A DNA stretch of 64,000 bases from a virus. The notes under the pieces were generated by a model, which did not search any database, was not told the DNA's origin, and worked only from the letters and a program-made list of their open reading frames with translations. The position numbers and the translations under genes are program-made. Location of the stretch: the IMG/VR virus record IMGVR_UViG_3300023174_000120, positions 1 through 64,000 of that record. The stretch is one strand, 5' to 3'. Shown piece by piece: positions 18,553 to 28,721 of the stretch. How positions within the stretch are numbered: the first letter of the stretch is position 1; the number at the start of each line of letters is the position of its first letter.

Positions 18553-19632
18553 ATGGCAGAGAAAATTTCCGCAAATCGCACTGTTAGCCCGAACGAAGCC
18601 AAACGTAGCATTCGTAAGTGCGTTAAAATCCAACGCCCTGTATTCATGTGGGGTCCTCCGGGCATTGGCAAATCAGATATCGTCAAACAGGTCGGCGACG
18701 AGTTTGATCGCGAGGTTATTGACGTTCGACTGAGCCTTTGGGAACCTACCGATATTAAAGGTATTCCTTATTACAATGCTCAGGCCAATACCATGAGCTG
18801 GGCACCTCCGGCAGAATTGCCCACTGATCCAGACAGCACCGCTATCCTGTTCTTGGATGAACTAAACTCGGCTGCTCCGGCTACGCAGGCTGCGGCATAT
18901 CAATTGATCCTTAATCGTCGTGTTGGCACCTACGTTCTTCCCAAAGGTGTTAGCATTGTGGCAGCAGGCAATCGCGAAACTGACAAGGGCGTTACTTATC
19001 GTATGCCGGCTCCGTTGGCAAATCGCTTCCTTCATATTGAACTGCGTACCGACTACGAAGATTGGCTCCAGTGGGCTACTTTGAATCGTGAACACGAGCA
19101 GGTTGTAGGTTACATTGGCTTTGCCAAACAGGATCTTTACGACTTTGATCCAAAATCTAGCTCACGTGCCTTTGCTACTCCACGTAGCTGGCATTTTGTT
19201 AGCGAACTGTTGGAAGATGACGACCTGCCAGAAAGCACACTGACCGATTTGATTGCCGGTGCAATTGGCGAGGGTCTTGCTGTTAAATTTATGGCACATC
19301 GTAAGGTTGCCAAGCAGATGCCCGATCCAAGCAATATCCTTGCCGGTAAGGTCAAAAACTGCGAAATTAAAGAAATTTCGGCAATGTACTCACTGACTGT
19401 GAGCATGTGCTACGAACTCCAAACGGCATACGAGAAGAAAGTCAAGGATTGGGATTCTATGGCAGACTGCTTCTTTGGGTTTATGATGGACAATTTCCCA
19501 ACTGAGTTGGTTGTGATGGGAGCCAAAACGGCCTTGACCACATACAAACTGCCTTTCGATGCCAGCAAGTTGAAACACTTCGACCGCTTCCACGAGAAGT
19601 ATGGCAAGTATATTATCACTGCAATGGAGTAA
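18553..19632 (+). CDS. MoxR-family AAA+ ATPase
   Basis: Walker A GPPGIGKS, Walker B LFLDE, plus AAGN, PLANRF and TPRSW. Confidence 0.9.
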   Translation: MAEKISANRTVSPNEAKRSIRKCVKIQRPVFMWGPPGIGKSDIVKQVGDEFDREVIDVRLSLWEPTDIKGIPYYNAQANTMSWAPPAELPTDPDSTAILFLDELNSAAPATQAAAYQLILNRRVGTYVLPKGVSIVAAGNRETDKGVTYRMPAPLANRFLHIELRTDYEDWLQWATLNREHEQVVGYIGFAKQDLYDFDPKSSSRAFATPRSWHFVSELLEDDDLPESTLTDLIAGAIGEGLAVKFMAHRKVAKQMPDPSNILAGKVKNCEIKEISAMYSLTVSMCYELQTAYEKKVKDWDSMADCFFGFMMDNFPTELVVMGAKTALTTYKLPFDASKLKHFDRFHEKYGKYIITAME

Positions 19633-19658
19633 AAATAGGGCCCGCAAGGGCCTTATTT
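19633..19658 (+). terminator. intrinsic terminator-like hairpin
   Basis: AAATAGGGCCC-GCAA-GGGCCTTATTT directly after the stop codon. Confidence 0.7.
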
Positions 19659-19663
19659 GTCTC

Positions 19664-19692
19664 TTGACACATTAAATAAGTGTGTGTATAAT
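19664..19692 (+). promoter_or_regulatory. consensus sigma70 promoter
   Basis: TTGACA-17-TATAAT with TG. Confidence 0.85.
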
Positions 19693-19724
19693 AACTCATA
19701 TACAGTTAAACAACGGAGAAAGCA

Positions 19725-20987
19725 ATGGCATCAGTAATGAAATCCGAAAAGACCAAGAAGATTGTTCCCAAGAACTTCACACAAGCAGAAAAGAATAAGA
19801 TTGTAGAAAAATTAGTAACTGCCCGTATCGGACTGTTGCTTCGCCATCCTTTCTTTGGTAATCTTGCTACTCGTATGCAACTTATTGATGCTACTGAATG
19901 GTGTTCAACCCTTGCTACAGACGGTCGCCGTTTCTATTACAATAACGACTTCGTTAATAAGTTGACTCCTAAACAGGCCGAGTTTGGCTTTGCTCACGAA
20001 GTGCTCCATAATGTGTTTGACCATATGGGTCGTCGAAATAATCGTCATCCTATGTTGAGCAATATTGCAGCCGACTATGCCGCTAATCAAATCCTCAAAG
20101 ATGAGCGTATTGGCGAAGTGCCAGATTGGATTAAAATCTATCAAGATAACAAATATCGTGGCTGGAGTTACGAGGAAATTTACGACGAACTGTACGATAA
20201 GGCCGAAAAGATCAAGATTGAGGATCTTGGCGAATTATTGGACGAGCACCTTGACGACAGCGACGATGATGAAGACGGTGACGGAGAGGAGGGCGAAGAC
20301 GGTCGCCCACGTCGTCCAAAGCTCACTGCCGAGGAACGGAAACAGATCCGCGACGAGATCAAAGAAGCTGTTGTAGCCGCAGCTCAGGCAGCAGGTGCAG
20401 GTAAAGTGCCGGCAGGTATTGCTCGTATGATCAAAGATTTTACCGAGCCCAAGATGGATTGGCGGCAGATGTTGCGTATGAATATTCAAAGTATTCTCAA
20501 AAGCAACTTCAGTTTTAATCGTCCAAATCGCAAAAGCCAACACTGCGGCGCTGTATTGCCTGGTATGATGAATGAAGAGACCATTGACATTGCCTGCAGT
20601 ATTGACATGAGCGGTAGTATTACTGACGAAATGGGCAAGGACATGATCAGTGAGATCAAAGGCATTATGGAAGAATACCAAGACTTTAAACTTAAACTTT
20701 GGTGTTTTGATACTGCTGTTTATAGCTATGCCGAATTTTCTGGGGATAATGCCGACGAAATTATGGAATACGAATGCAAAGGTGGAGGCGGCACTGACTT
20801 TGAAGCCAACTGGTCTTTTATGAAAGAAGAATGTATTGAGCCTAAGAAGTTCATTATGTTTACAGATGGACTACCTTGCGGTGGATGGGGTGATGAACAT
20901 TATTGCGATACGCTGTTTATTATCCACGGTAGCGAAACTATTGTTCCACCGTTTGGACAATATGCTTATTACAAAGATACTGCCTAA
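19725..20987 (+). CDS. metallopeptidase-like + VWA domain protein (DUF2201-like)
   Basis: TLATDG, AHEVLH, an acidic linker, MIDAS motif DMSGS, GGGGTDF and FTDG. Confidence 0.88.
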   Translation: MASVMKSEKTKKIVPKNFTQAEKNKIVEKLVTARIGLLLRHPFFGNLATRMQLIDATEWCSTLATDGRRFYYNNDFVNKLTPKQAEFGFAHEVLHNVFDHMGRRNNRHPMLSNIAADYAANQILKDERIGEVPDWIKIYQDNKYRGWSYEEIYDELYDKAEKIKIEDLGELLDEHLDDSDDDEDGDGEEGEDGRPRRPKLTAEERKQIRDEIKEAVVAAAQAAGAGKVPAGIARMIKDFTEPKMDWRQMLRMNIQSILKSNFSFNRPNRKSQHCGAVLPGMMNEETIDIACSIDMSGSITDEMGKDMISEIKGIMEEYQDFKLKLWCFDTAVYSYAEFSGDNADEIMEYECKGGGGTDFEANWSFMKEECIEPKKFIMFTDGLPCGGWGDEHYCDTLFIIHGSETIVPPFGQYAYYKDTA

Positions 20988-21277
20988 TGGCTCTCAGTAG
21001 AGGACAAGTAAATCCGTTAAGTGCCTTGGGGGTAAGAAAATTAACTTTTATCCCCAAGCATTTCAGTTCTATTACTGTATCCACTGCTGTAGATATCAAA
21101 TTATTAGACCATTGGATTAACTACCACTTAAATAGTAGGTATGCAATTAAACGAAGCCTAAGCGTTGATCAACTTAATAAAATGGTCGACGTAACGGTAA
21201 TTGGCATAGAAGATCCCAGGGAGATCACTATGCTGTCATTAGGATGTCCCTATTTACACAACAAGGAAGATTTTTAA
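20987..21277 (+). CDS. hypothetical protein
   Basis: TAATG-coupled ORF. Confidence 0.65.
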   Translation: MALSRGQVNPLSALGVRKLTFIPKHFSSITVSTAVDIKLLDHWINYHLNSRYAIKRSLSVDQLNKMVDVTVIGIEDPREITMLSLGCPYLHNKEDF

Positions 21278-21278
21278 A

Positions 21279-21533
21279 ATGGATGATCAAGCACAAGTAG
21301 CAACAGAAAACGGTATTGGTGGCGATGTTCCGGCCGCCGCTCCTGCACCTGAACTCAGTATCAGCGACCTTCAAAACCTACGTGCCATTGTAGATACAGC
21401 AGCACGCCGTGGTGCTTTCCAAGCAGCAGAAATGAGCGCAGTTGGTTCAGTTTTTGATCGTGTTAATGCATTTCTCAATGCTGTAGCACCACCAAAACCC
21501 GCCGAGGCACCTGCTGAAGCACCAGCAGCCTAA
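21279..21533 (+). CDS. hypothetical protein
   Basis: 84 aa with 'IVDTAARRGAFQAAEM'. Confidence 0.7.
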   Translation: MDDQAQVATENGIGGDVPAAAPAPELSISDLQNLRAIVDTAARRGAFQAAEMSAVGSVFDRVNAFLNAVAPPKPAEAPAEAPAA

Positions 21534-21545
21534 ATAGGAGTTCAC

Positions 21546-22118
21546 ATGAAACATGTGGGAAAAATGAAAAACAATGGCGCTAAGATCGTCATTGCCTATC
21601 GAACTTTACCGGGTGATCCTTACAGTGCCTTGGTGATTGGAACTAACGTGTTGGGTGATACTTATCACGATAGCCTTATGAATTTGATCCAGGGCAACGA
21701 AGCACAGGCAGCCAACGAATTGGCAGATATTCTCGCTGTTCGTAGGTTTCCAGATGGCAGTAATATGCTAGAGTGGTTTCACGTCAATAACCACCTTAAA
21801 AAGGTTCCCACAAACGGTGTTCTGGTAACTCCTACTCCTCAAAGCAGTGTTCCACTTGACGAACTCAATGTGATCATTGCCGAGCAAAAAGGTGTGGCAT
21901 TAGAGGATTTGGCAATTACAGATGGTAAGAATCCCAATCCTAAACCTGCTAAAACTCCAGCACCCGTAGTCGAACCTGTTGTCGAAGAAATGAGTGCTGG
22001 AGAACTGAGGTCTCGTGCCGATGCCCTGTTCAAACAGGCTCAACAACTTCGCAAGAAAGCTGACGAACTAGATCCGCCAAAAAGCAAGAGCAAGAAAGTC
22101 ACTGTAGCTGCTGAATGA
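21546..22118 (+). CDS. hypothetical protein
   Basis: SD AGGAG, 190 aa. Confidence 0.75.
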   Translation: MKHVGKMKNNGAKIVIAYRTLPGDPYSALVIGTNVLGDTYHDSLMNLIQGNEAQAANELADILAVRRFPDGSNMLEWFHVNNHLKKVPTNGVLVTPTPQSSVPLDELNVIIAEQKGVALEDLAITDGKNPNPKPAKTPAPVVEPVVEEMSAGELRSRADALFKQAQQLRKKADELDPPKSKSKKVTVAAE

Positions 22119-22981
22119 AACAGTACCTAGATGCCCTTAAAAATGTTCTAGAAAACGGTGACCTACGTCCTGATCGCACAGGCGTAGGTACCCGCAGTCT
22201 ATTTGGTCTTCAACTGCGTTTTGATTTAACAGCAGGTTTTCCAGCTGTTACTACTAAAAAACTTGCCTGGCGATCTGTAGTAAGCGAACTACTTTGGTTT
22301 ATTGAAGGCAGCGGGGATGAACGAAAACTGAAAGAACTACTTTACGGTGATCAAAATAGCGATAAGAAAACTATTTGGAGTGATAACGAAAGTGCCGATT
22401 ATTGGCAACGTAGAAAAAAGTTTAAAGGTGATTTAGGCAGAATTTACGGTGTTCAATGGCGCACTTGGAGAGCTCCGGTATTTGGTGCAAACCGTATGGG
22501 CATCAAACACATTGATCAATTGGTTGAGCTAATTAACGGTATCAAAGCAGATCCATATGGTAGGCGACATATTATTACAGCATGGAATCCGGGTGAACTG
22601 GATTTAATGGCATTACCACCTTGCCATATGATGGCTCAGTTCTATGTTAGTAATGGGCGTCTAAGTTGTCAGATGTATCAGCGTAGTGCAGATATGTTTT
22701 TGGGAGTGCCATTTAACATCGCTAGTTATGCACTGTTTACGCACATGATAGCCCAGGTCTGTAATTTAGCTGTAGGGGAGTTGATTATTACGTTAGGTGA
22801 TGCTCATATCTACAATACTCACATCGACCAGGTTAAAGAACAATTGTCCAGAGAGCCTATGACATTGCCTGTGTTAACATTGAATCCATCAATTGGTGTG
22901 ATTACCAATTTTGTTATGGATGATATTGAACTAATTGGATATACCAGCCACGGCGCTATAGCAGCACCAATGGCTGTTTAA
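22115..22981 (+). CDS. thyA: thymidylate synthase
   Basis: DRTGVGT, ELLWF, ALPPCH, YQRSADMFLGVPFNIASY and GDAHIY. Confidence 0.97.
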   Translation: MKQYLDALKNVLENGDLRPDRTGVGTRSLFGLQLRFDLTAGFPAVTTKKLAWRSVVSELLWFIEGSGDERKLKELLYGDQNSDKKTIWSDNESADYWQRRKKFKGDLGRIYGVQWRTWRAPVFGANRMGIKHIDQLVELINGIKADPYGRRHIITAWNPGELDLMALPPCHMMAQFYVSNGRLSCQMYQRSADMFLGVPFNIASYALFTHMIAQVCNLAVGELIITLGDAHIYNTHIDQVKEQLSREPMTLPVLTLNPSIGVITNFVMDDIELIGYTSHGAIAAPMAV

Positions 22982-24222
22982 ACTACTAAAACTTCTATAA
23001 CCCCAAAGCCCTCGGAGTGATTTCCTAGGGCTTTTCCTATTACAGCATTAGGACTATCACCATTACTCCAGGCTGCTGCATATCCCGGAACAGAGCTGGT
23101 TACTAGTAGATCACCTTTTTCTACGGTGCCACAAATTTTGCATAAAACTCGACCTTTTAAGGCAATAAAGGGGTGAGTTTCGTCATTTCCGGCGTCAGAA
23201 TTCATCATATATGCCGGATTTTTACTCACTATTCCAATCACTGCTGTATTGGCCTTAACGTCTGTAGTTGTGACCTCTTTTTCCCCGCCTATTACTAAAA
23301 CCGTACCTACCTCATATGGCTTGTCCGATTCATATCGTTCTGCTAGGTCCGCATAATAGGCAGAGGTGGCTGTAGCATTTAGCACGCCAGTTGCCGCATT
23401 GTAATTAAAAGAACTGGTAGATGCTATAACAGTAGCACCGCCACTGAAGGTATTCACAAAAGGAACAAAGAATGTTCCAGAAATTGTTGGAGTAACTGTG
23501 ATTCCGGTCGCGGTGACTGCTGTTAATGCTTCGGCTGCTGTTCCCCAAAAATAGTAATCATTGGCACGGCTAGACCCATTCACATCGCATCCGGCTAGTG
23601 TTACGCCTTTCTTAATACCATTACTGAAATCTGGCTTACCGGTTGAACTGATAAGATCAGAATTGGTTACTTTTATAGTAGATGTACTTATTAAATCTGA
23701 AAAGGATGTAATAGCAACAGCAGGTCTGCTGTTTAAATTGCCTTTAATAAATGGAATACTATATGAAGTGTTGGTATCATCTATATAGGTTTCTTCGGTA
23801 AATGTCCAAGATGATTTAGCAGAAGAAACTGTAGTAGGTCCAACTGTTAGATAGCTAGTACCATTAAATGCTTTTAGTTGATTACTGGCAGTATCCCACC
23901 ATAACTCACCTTGAATAGAAACAGTAGGAGTAGTAGATTGAACTCTTAGTGTTGCTAAACCTTTAAAGTTTTTTCCATCATAACATACATTTAATCGTCG
24001 CTGATCACTGTTACTATTAAACCAAAGTTGTCCCATTAGCGGGCGACTAGGCTGTGTGGTATTAGAAAAATTCTCTAATAATCTCAATAAGTTTTCATTG
24101 ATAATTTCGCCGTAGCCGGAATAATTCCTACCGACAAAACTTAAATTGGTAGTGAGATCTAAACTGGCATCTTCTAATACTGCTAATTTAGTTCCGTTAG
24201 TTTTATTTAAAATATAAGGCAT
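22978..24222 (-). CDS. tail fibre/baseplate-attached protein with C-terminal G2/IMC-like chaperone domain
   Basis: Shares an N-terminal domain with its neighbours. C-terminal 'YADLAERY...GTVLVIGG...ALKGRVLCK...GDLLVTS'. Confidence 0.7.
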   Translation of the reverse strand: MPYILNKTNGTKLAVLEDASLDLTTNLSFVGRNYSGYGEIINENLLRLLENFSNTTQPSRPLMGQLWFNSNSDQRRLNVCYDGKNFKGLATLRVQSTTPTVSIQGELWWDTASNQLKAFNGTSYLTVGPTTVSSAKSSWTFTEETYIDDTNTSYSIPFIKGNLNSRPAVAITSFSDLISTSTIKVTNSDLISSTGKPDFSNGIKKGVTLAGCDVNGSSRANDYYFWGTAAEALTAVTATGITVTPTISGTFFVPFVNTFSGGATVIASTSSFNYNAATGVLNATATSAYYADLAERYESDKPYEVGTVLVIGGEKEVTTTDVKANTAVIGIVSKNPAYMMNSDAGNDETHPFIALKGRVLCKICGTVEKGDLLVTSSVPGYAAAWSNGDSPNAVIGKALGNHSEGFGVIEVLVV

Positions 24223-24229
24223 AATTTAT

Positions 24230-24568
24230 TTATAAGACCCATACTGAGACTAAATCTCTACCCCAGTTACCTGAGCGAGAATTTTCTAAGGCAATAGCAA
24301 ATACTTCCGGATGCCCGGGTTGAGTGACTCTAGCCTTACCATTATCCGAAGCCACTAATCTATCTCCTTTTTTAACCAAAGAATCACACTTAATTTGAGT
24401 TCTACCTTTGATCACCACTGTTACATCATTTTGATCACTACTAGATACCACACCGACTACTCGATCTCCATTTGAACAGGAAACAATTTCTGCTGATCCA
24501 CCTATGGTAACTACGGTTCCGTCTGCAAGGGCAGTGTCTGATTTAAATACTTCAGTTATAACGGTCAT
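24230..24568 (-). CDS. stand-alone fibre C-terminal/chaperone-like domain
   Basis: Visibly paralogous to the C-terminus of 22978-24222. Confidence 0.65.
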   Translation of the reverse strand: MTVITEVFKSDTALADGTVVTIGGSAEIVSCSNGDRVVGVVSSSDQNDVTVVIKGRTQIKCDSLVKKGDRLVASDNGKARVTQPGHPEVFAIALENSRSGNWGRDLVSVWVL

Positions 24569-24573
24569 ATATT

Positions 24574-25557
24574 TTAAATCCTTGAAAATTCGCTTATAAC
24601 ATTAGTAGCTGTGTAAGCGGCTCCGGTAGTTTTTCCTACCCACACTCCAGTTTGATCTGCCTTAAAAAGTCTAATCTGATATACATAAGAACTAGCAGTT
24701 GAGCTTAATAAAACTCTAGCTTCGCTATTAACCGGAACCCCTGTTTCCGTTAACGTGGCTGCATAATAATTAGGGATCGGATCTATTCCAGTGTTGATCG
24801 GAAAAACTGATCTCAATACCGCTGCGATTCTAGAATTTTGAGTAGTTACATTTACGGCATTAGACTCATATAAATTGTCTAATGTAGTGATATTACTTAA
24901 ATTTAAATCTAGAGTCAAATATTTGTTTGAAATCTTTCCGCTATATTGAATATCACCAAGAACTGTTAATCCCTTAACTGTTGAAGTAGTTGTTCCAGAT
25001 GTTAGATATGAAAAGTTTGTTAAGGTATTAATAACAAAAGGTTCAGAGGATACATATCCTAGTGTAACACCATAGTTCTTTATTAATGTTAAATTTTTAG
25101 TATTATTATCAATATCTCTAACACTAACACTAGGTAAAACAAATCCGTTCTCGCCAACTAACTTAGGAAATGCAGGGCCTACTACTGTGGCTGTGCTACC
25201 AGTATAAACTTTTAATTGAGTATTAGCAGTGTCCCACCATAAATCTCCAGCAACTAATGTTGATGGTTGGGTAGATGCTATAATGGCTCCGCTAATAGAT
25301 TTAAAAGATCCATCAAACACTTTGACCCGTTTACCAGTAGTGTCATACCATAGCTGCCCTACTAAAGGACTGCGAGGAGGATTACCCGATGTATTAGCGG
25401 AGTTGGCCAATAACTTAACAAGATTGTTATTGTATTCTTGACCGAACCCTGTGTAATTTTTTCCAATTAAGGTCAGGCTGGTAGCAGATTGATCGATCGT
25501 GCCATCTGCCAAAGATAGTAATTTGGTTCCGTCTGTATTTGATATTGTATATGCCAT
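24574..25557 (-). CDS. tail fibre/baseplate-attached protein
   Basis: Shared N-terminal domain (GKNYTGFG...PLVGQLWYDT). Confidence 0.7.
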   Translation of the reverse strand: MAYTISNTDGTKLLSLADGTIDQSATSLTLIGKNYTGFGQEYNNNLVKLLANSANTSGNPPRSPLVGQLWYDTTGKRVKVFDGSFKSISGAIIASTQPSTLVAGDLWWDTANTQLKVYTGSTATVVGPAFPKLVGENGFVLPSVSVRDIDNNTKNLTLIKNYGVTLGYVSSEPFVINTLTNFSYLTSGTTTSTVKGLTVLGDIQYSGKISNKYLTLDLNLSNITTLDNLYESNAVNVTTQNSRIAAVLRSVFPINTGIDPIPNYYAATLTETGVPVNSEARVLLSSTASSYVYQIRLFKADQTGVWVGKTTGAAYTATNVISEFSRI

Positions 25558-25563
25558 TCGATT

Positions 25564-28071
25564 TTATCCTATTCTCCACTCAGATCCGGTATAATAAACA
25601 GGAACCACATATGATCCTCCACTGGCCGCAACACTATAAAATGTACTGGTATTGGCATCGCTTACCATTGCTCGCATTCCTTGAAGCCCGGATGGCAATG
25701 TTCCTACGGTATAAGTTGGTGTTATTAGAGGAGTAAATGCTTGTACATAGGTTTTAGCTATCTGAAGTGATCCTACCGAATCAATTGTAAAGTTTAATTG
25801 CTTATTAGTTCTATCATATGCCATAGTAGAGCTACTACTAAGTGCAATGAGAGGATTGCCACTGTTCATTGTAAGATAAAAATTATCATCATCCAATGTT
25901 AATCGTTCAAGCGTGGTCCAAACAGAACCGGTTGTTCTACCTAATGTATTGTTTGATAAATCGGTCGTTCCGTCAAAATATACAACACCGCCGGCATTTT
26001 CAATACCGTATCCTGTATTTCCAATAGACTTACCACCATTGATACGAACCTGATAACTGTTAATGCTAGATCCAATCTTAATTCCGCTTTTAGCAGAACC
26101 AGGGCCTACAGTATAACCAGCACCTAAAATATAAGGAATATTAAAATCGTAGTCTAGTCCAGCTGTAATTTCTATACCGTGACTTGTTGGATAATCAATT
26201 TCAATATGATTGAAACGACCGATAGCAGGGAAGGTAGTAGCACTCGGATGACTATCTTTATAGGTATTACGAATAATTGCTCCCTTAGTTCCCACCAATC
26301 CAAGATATCCAATTTCTAAACTATGGCAATTACCATCCCAATCAAGTCCATATTGGTCATCGGCACAATCTAACACAGCAAAATTAATTCTTAAAATATC
26401 AGATCTCAAACTATCTGATCCGTACCAAGTAATACCTTTACCACCTGTTACTGCCCACATCCAGTCAACTACACAGGTGTTACATTCTTGAACGTGTAAA
26501 ATAGAACTGGTTGTATTGTTAGTTCCAATACTAACTCCATGTAATTTCTTAATGGTTACACGATTGGCGGCATCGACTCTTACAGCACATCCAGCAAGAT
26601 CGGGAGCATTGAAAGTCAAATCAACTTCGACTCCTTCGTATCCAGTAATTGTAACACCGTTGATACTACCACTAGGTTTTAAAATTCCAGGACCGCCAAA
26701 TCGTTGATAACTATTATTTAGAACAATACCTGTTGTGTAATAATAGGTCTTACCATCTGACAAATATACAGATTTACCTGTGTTAATAGCAGCCTGTAAG
26801 GCACCATAATCATTTGTTGATCCATTACCTACCGCACCAAAATCTTCCGGATAAACTATGGCCGCAGTAGCGGTGGTTAAAATACGTGCCCCGGCAATGG
26901 TAGAAGTTGTTCCAATATTTAAACTACCTCCAATTCCAACTCCTCCAGCAACAGTTAGTGCGCCAGTTGTAGTTGAGGTTGATACTGCGGTATTTGATAA
27001 TGATAACGTAGCAGTGTTTAAATTAAACCCATTGACATATAGTTTCTTACCTACATAAAAATTACCGCCAACTGCTGCTCCACCTGTAATTACCAACGCA
27101 CCTGTTGTGGTACTGACCGCCTCTGTAGTAACATTAATTTTTACCAAGGATTTTTCTATATACATAGAATCCAATAGTCCAGGTGTAGCCCCTGTAGTTT
27201 TAAAAATTAATTTCCCACCTGGCGTATTATTAAGAATTACTGCGTCATTGGTATTTTTGTAAAATTGAATGTAGTTTGGATCACCAGATTTAAAAATTAC
27301 TACACCATCTCTGCCAAGAGCGGCTGCTTGATCAGCAGGAGTTACGTAAACAACTTTACCTGTGATTGTTTCTCCGCCCGAATTGTCTTTTCTTAAAAAT
27401 TTTGAAGATGAATAAAGAACTCCATTAATAGAAAAATTCGATGCGGATAATGCTGTCCCGTTAAGAATAGAACCAGTGGCTAAATTTGTTCCTGTAGTTA
27501 ACGAGGTAAATCCTTCTATTACTGGGTTTGGGGTAAAGGCATCTTTTGTAACAATAGATATAACCTTGCCATCAACTTTGTTTAATATAACATCATACGG
27601 CCCACCAGATAATGCCGGTAATGTAGCGACAATAGCCCCGGTGTCTGTGGAAGTAGATGGGCCTACTGTAGTCCAATTTCCAGAACTGTAAATTTTAAGT
27701 TGTGTCTTGCTAGTGTCAACCCAAATATCACCTTCTTTAAGACCTTGATTAGTTTCTAAGGTTGGGTCTGTAGATTGCTGATATATTCCACTTACTGTTG
27801 GCCAATTCGCTCCATCTAGTACCCGCAATACTTTATTATTAGGATCACTAGTGTCATACCACAATTGCCCTTCTATAGGATTTTCAGGAGGAATTTGATT
27901 GGCAAAATTTTCTAATAGATACAAGAAATTTTGTGCTATCTTTTCACCATAGTTAGGATATCCTCTACCTACTAGGTCTAGGCTTGTATCAACAGCATTG
28001 ATGCCGGGCGGCATGGCAGGAACTACAATAGTAGTCTTGGTGCTATCAGAAAATTTCAATGTATAGGACAT
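25564..28071 (-). CDS. tail fibre/tailspike with beta-helix (depolymerase-like) domain
   Basis: Shared N-terminal domain, TTGAL..GG repeats, and the pectate-lyase-3-type start 'PEDFGAVGNGSTNDYGALQAAINTG'. Confidence 0.75.
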   Translation of the reverse strand: MSYTLKFSDSTKTTIVVPAMPPGINAVDTSLDLVGRGYPNYGEKIAQNFLYLLENFANQIPPENPIEGQLWYDTSDPNNKVLRVLDGANWPTVSGIYQQSTDPTLETNQGLKEGDIWVDTSKTQLKIYSSGNWTTVGPSTSTDTGAIVATLPALSGGPYDVILNKVDGKVISIVTKDAFTPNPVIEGFTSLTTGTNLATGSILNGTALSASNFSINGVLYSSSKFLRKDNSGGETITGKVVYVTPADQAAALGRDGVVIFKSGDPNYIQFYKNTNDAVILNNTPGGKLIFKTTGATPGLLDSMYIEKSLVKINVTTEAVSTTTGALVITGGAAVGGNFYVGKKLYVNGFNLNTATLSLSNTAVSTSTTTGALTVAGGVGIGGSLNIGTTSTIAGARILTTATAAIVYPEDFGAVGNGSTNDYGALQAAINTGKSVYLSDGKTYYYTTGIVLNNSYQRFGGPGILKPSGSINGVTITGYEGVEVDLTFNAPDLAGCAVRVDAANRVTIKKLHGVSIGTNNTTSSILHVQECNTCVVDWMWAVTGGKGITWYGSDSLRSDILRINFAVLDCADDQYGLDWDGNCHSLEIGYLGLVGTKGAIIRNTYKDSHPSATTFPAIGRFNHIEIDYPTSHGIEITAGLDYDFNIPYILGAGYTVGPGSAKSGIKIGSSINSYQVRINGGKSIGNTGYGIENAGGVVYFDGTTDLSNNTLGRTTGSVWTTLERLTLDDDNFYLTMNSGNPLIALSSSSTMAYDRTNKQLNFTIDSVGSLQIAKTYVQAFTPLITPTYTVGTLPSGLQGMRAMVSDANTSTFYSVAASGGSYVVPVYYTGSEWRIG

Positions 28072-28073
28072 AC

Positions 28074-28703
28074 TTAAATTCCATTAGTAAGACTCTGGAC
28101 TCTTACCGTATAATCAATTTGTATCATTCTGTTTAATGATTTTTGAACAGGATGAAAAATAACGTGAGTTAATAAATCTCCCATACCCGGTCCTTCTGGG
28201 CTATAAGATTTAAGTCCTAACTCATCAAACACAAATGTACCATCGGTATTGGTAGCATTGTCAAATGCTGCCTGACCTGTAGGTTCACCAAAGTCCAGTA
28301 AACAACTGACTAAAATATCGCTGTAGGCAGTTCCTAACACATGACGGACTTCCATAAAGTTTCTAGCCGGGTCTAAACTATCTGTCGATCTGGCATCGAC
28401 AATTTTAGTATAGGTTTCGTTATATAATGCGCTATTGGTGCCTACAGTGTTAGGAGTTAGGTAAGTAATTATACCAGTTTCTCCTACTCTTGTTCCGCCA
28501 TTACCAAATGCCATTTCTGAAATAGTTCCAAATCCTTGACTGCTTAAACTTCTTGCTAATGCTAAAGAAAAATTCTCATAATGGATGGCATTACGCTTGT
28601 CAATAAAAACTTCTTTAGATACAGGATCAAAAATCTTGATGTGCCCTTGAATGCTGATAGAGCCTTGCTCGTCGGGTTTTCTTATGGTTGCTGTATTATT
28701 CAT
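28074..28703 (-). CDS. baseplate/tail structural protein
   Basis: Lies in the tail operon and contains 'FVFDELGL...LTHVIFHPVQKSLNR'. Confidence 0.65.
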   Translation of the reverse strand: MNNTATIRKPDEQGSISIQGHIKIFDPVSKEVFIDKRNAIHYENFSLALARSLSSQGFGTISEMAFGNGGTRVGETGIITYLTPNTVGTNSALYNETYTKIVDARSTDSLDPARNFMEVRHVLGTAYSDILVSCLLDFGEPTGQAAFDNATNTDGTFVFDELGLKSYSPEGPGMGDLLTHVIFHPVQKSLNRMIQIDYTVRVQSLTNGI

Positions 28704-28721
28704 AGTGGTATTTATGCTGTA

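Noticed and set aside
22115-22981. ThyA as a dCMP hydroxymethylase supplying glucosyl-hmC
   Set aside because: It has canonical ThyA motifs, including the dUMP-specifying Asn in PFNIASY.
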